Positions 63,301-64,000 of a stretch of 64,000 bases of DNA are shown piece by piece. Origin of the DNA: the human T2T-CHM13v2.0 reference genome, Homo sapiens. A program made the position numbers and the translations under genes. Positions within the stretch are counted from its first letter, which is position 1. Every line of letters starts with the position of its first letter. The stretch lies in assembly GCF_009914755.1 (NCBI RefSeq), contig NC_060931.1; one strand, 5' to 3'. The notes beneath the pieces were generated by a model. The model worked only from the letters and a program-made list of their open reading frames with translations, was not told where the DNA came from and ran no database searches.

Positions 63301-63868
63301 GTACGTCTTCAGTCTTAAGTCAGATTAGAAGATTATGTGAAGTAATTAACACTTAACATTGATTTAATGGTAGCTTCCACATGAAATAGTATGCCTCTAA
63401 GTATTAATTATGTCCTAGGACAGGAGAATTCATGTTGTCAAAATTCTCATACTCTCTAGAACAATAAACTCATTTTCTTTTTATTAGTAAATATTGCATT
63501 TATGGGTAGACAAAACTGAAAGAACAATATTTGTTCTACTTTTGAGATGCAAGATTCATCTGGCATAATGCATTGAACAGGTTATTATTGAAGTCTACAC
63601 CAGTCAACTGAATAAGCATTCATCAAATGTCCATGATATGCAGGACATAAGTTTTCTTTTAGAGTAGGGAACCATGCATATTATCTTGTAATTAGATGAT
63701 TTAGTTAGATATGTTTTTAAAGAAATAGAAATATAATTGATTTTCTTGTTTTGGCTCTGGAGTGGGGACAAAACGGAATGGATTCACACTGTTTAGATTT
63801 ACTAAAATGGAAGGATTGCAGCAAGATCATATCCCTAGTCTCCCTGTAGCAAATGTCACCTGCTAGCT

Positions 63869-64000
63869 GTTTTTTTTTTTTTTTTTTTTTTTTTGTAAGT
63901 TGAAGTTTTGTTCTGTCGCCCACGCCAGAGCGCAGTGGTATGATCTCAGCTCATGGCAAGCTCACCTCCTGAGTTCAAGCAATTCTCCCTGCCTCGGCCT
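63869..64000 (-). mobile_element. Alu (partial, runs off window)
   Basis: Poly-T then reverse Alu right arm. Confidence 0.85.

Overview
Human (primate) genomic DNA with no intact protein-coding exon. It is a segmental-duplication mosaic, most likely 7p12.3 (ADCY1 3' end / SEPTIN7P2 / GTF2IP13). The paralog assignment comes from recalled locus context and is not verified. From left to right: (1) 1-~4850 is the distal part of a long + strand 3'UTR ending at AATAAA 4823. (2) An LTR/Alu patch contains a convergent minus-strand poly(A) signal and a HERV-K9 (HML-3) env-end + MER9 3'LTR, fused to an orphan CpG-rich fragment. (3) ~9060-48630 is an unprocessed SEPT7 duplicate on the minus strand, with nine GT-AG exons, two frameshifts and a P-loop S>L change, lacking the first and last SEPT7 coding exons. 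(4) An Alu-rich junction is followed by a CpG-island bidirectional promoter whose core is a degenerate 5 x 25-bp array of CRE-like units next to a CCAAT box. (5) An unprocessed GTF2I fragment lies on the + strand. The most notable unexplained structures are two TSD-flanked, polyadenylated retrotransposed blocks of non-local DNA. One is an L1PA 3' transduction (18885-22152) in a SEPT7 intron. The other is a 4.7-kb Alu-headed composite (56029-60720) in a GTF2I intron, whose antisense strand supplies two candidate neo-exons. A young AluYa5 and a 3'-truncated tRNA-Lys retrocopy are also present.
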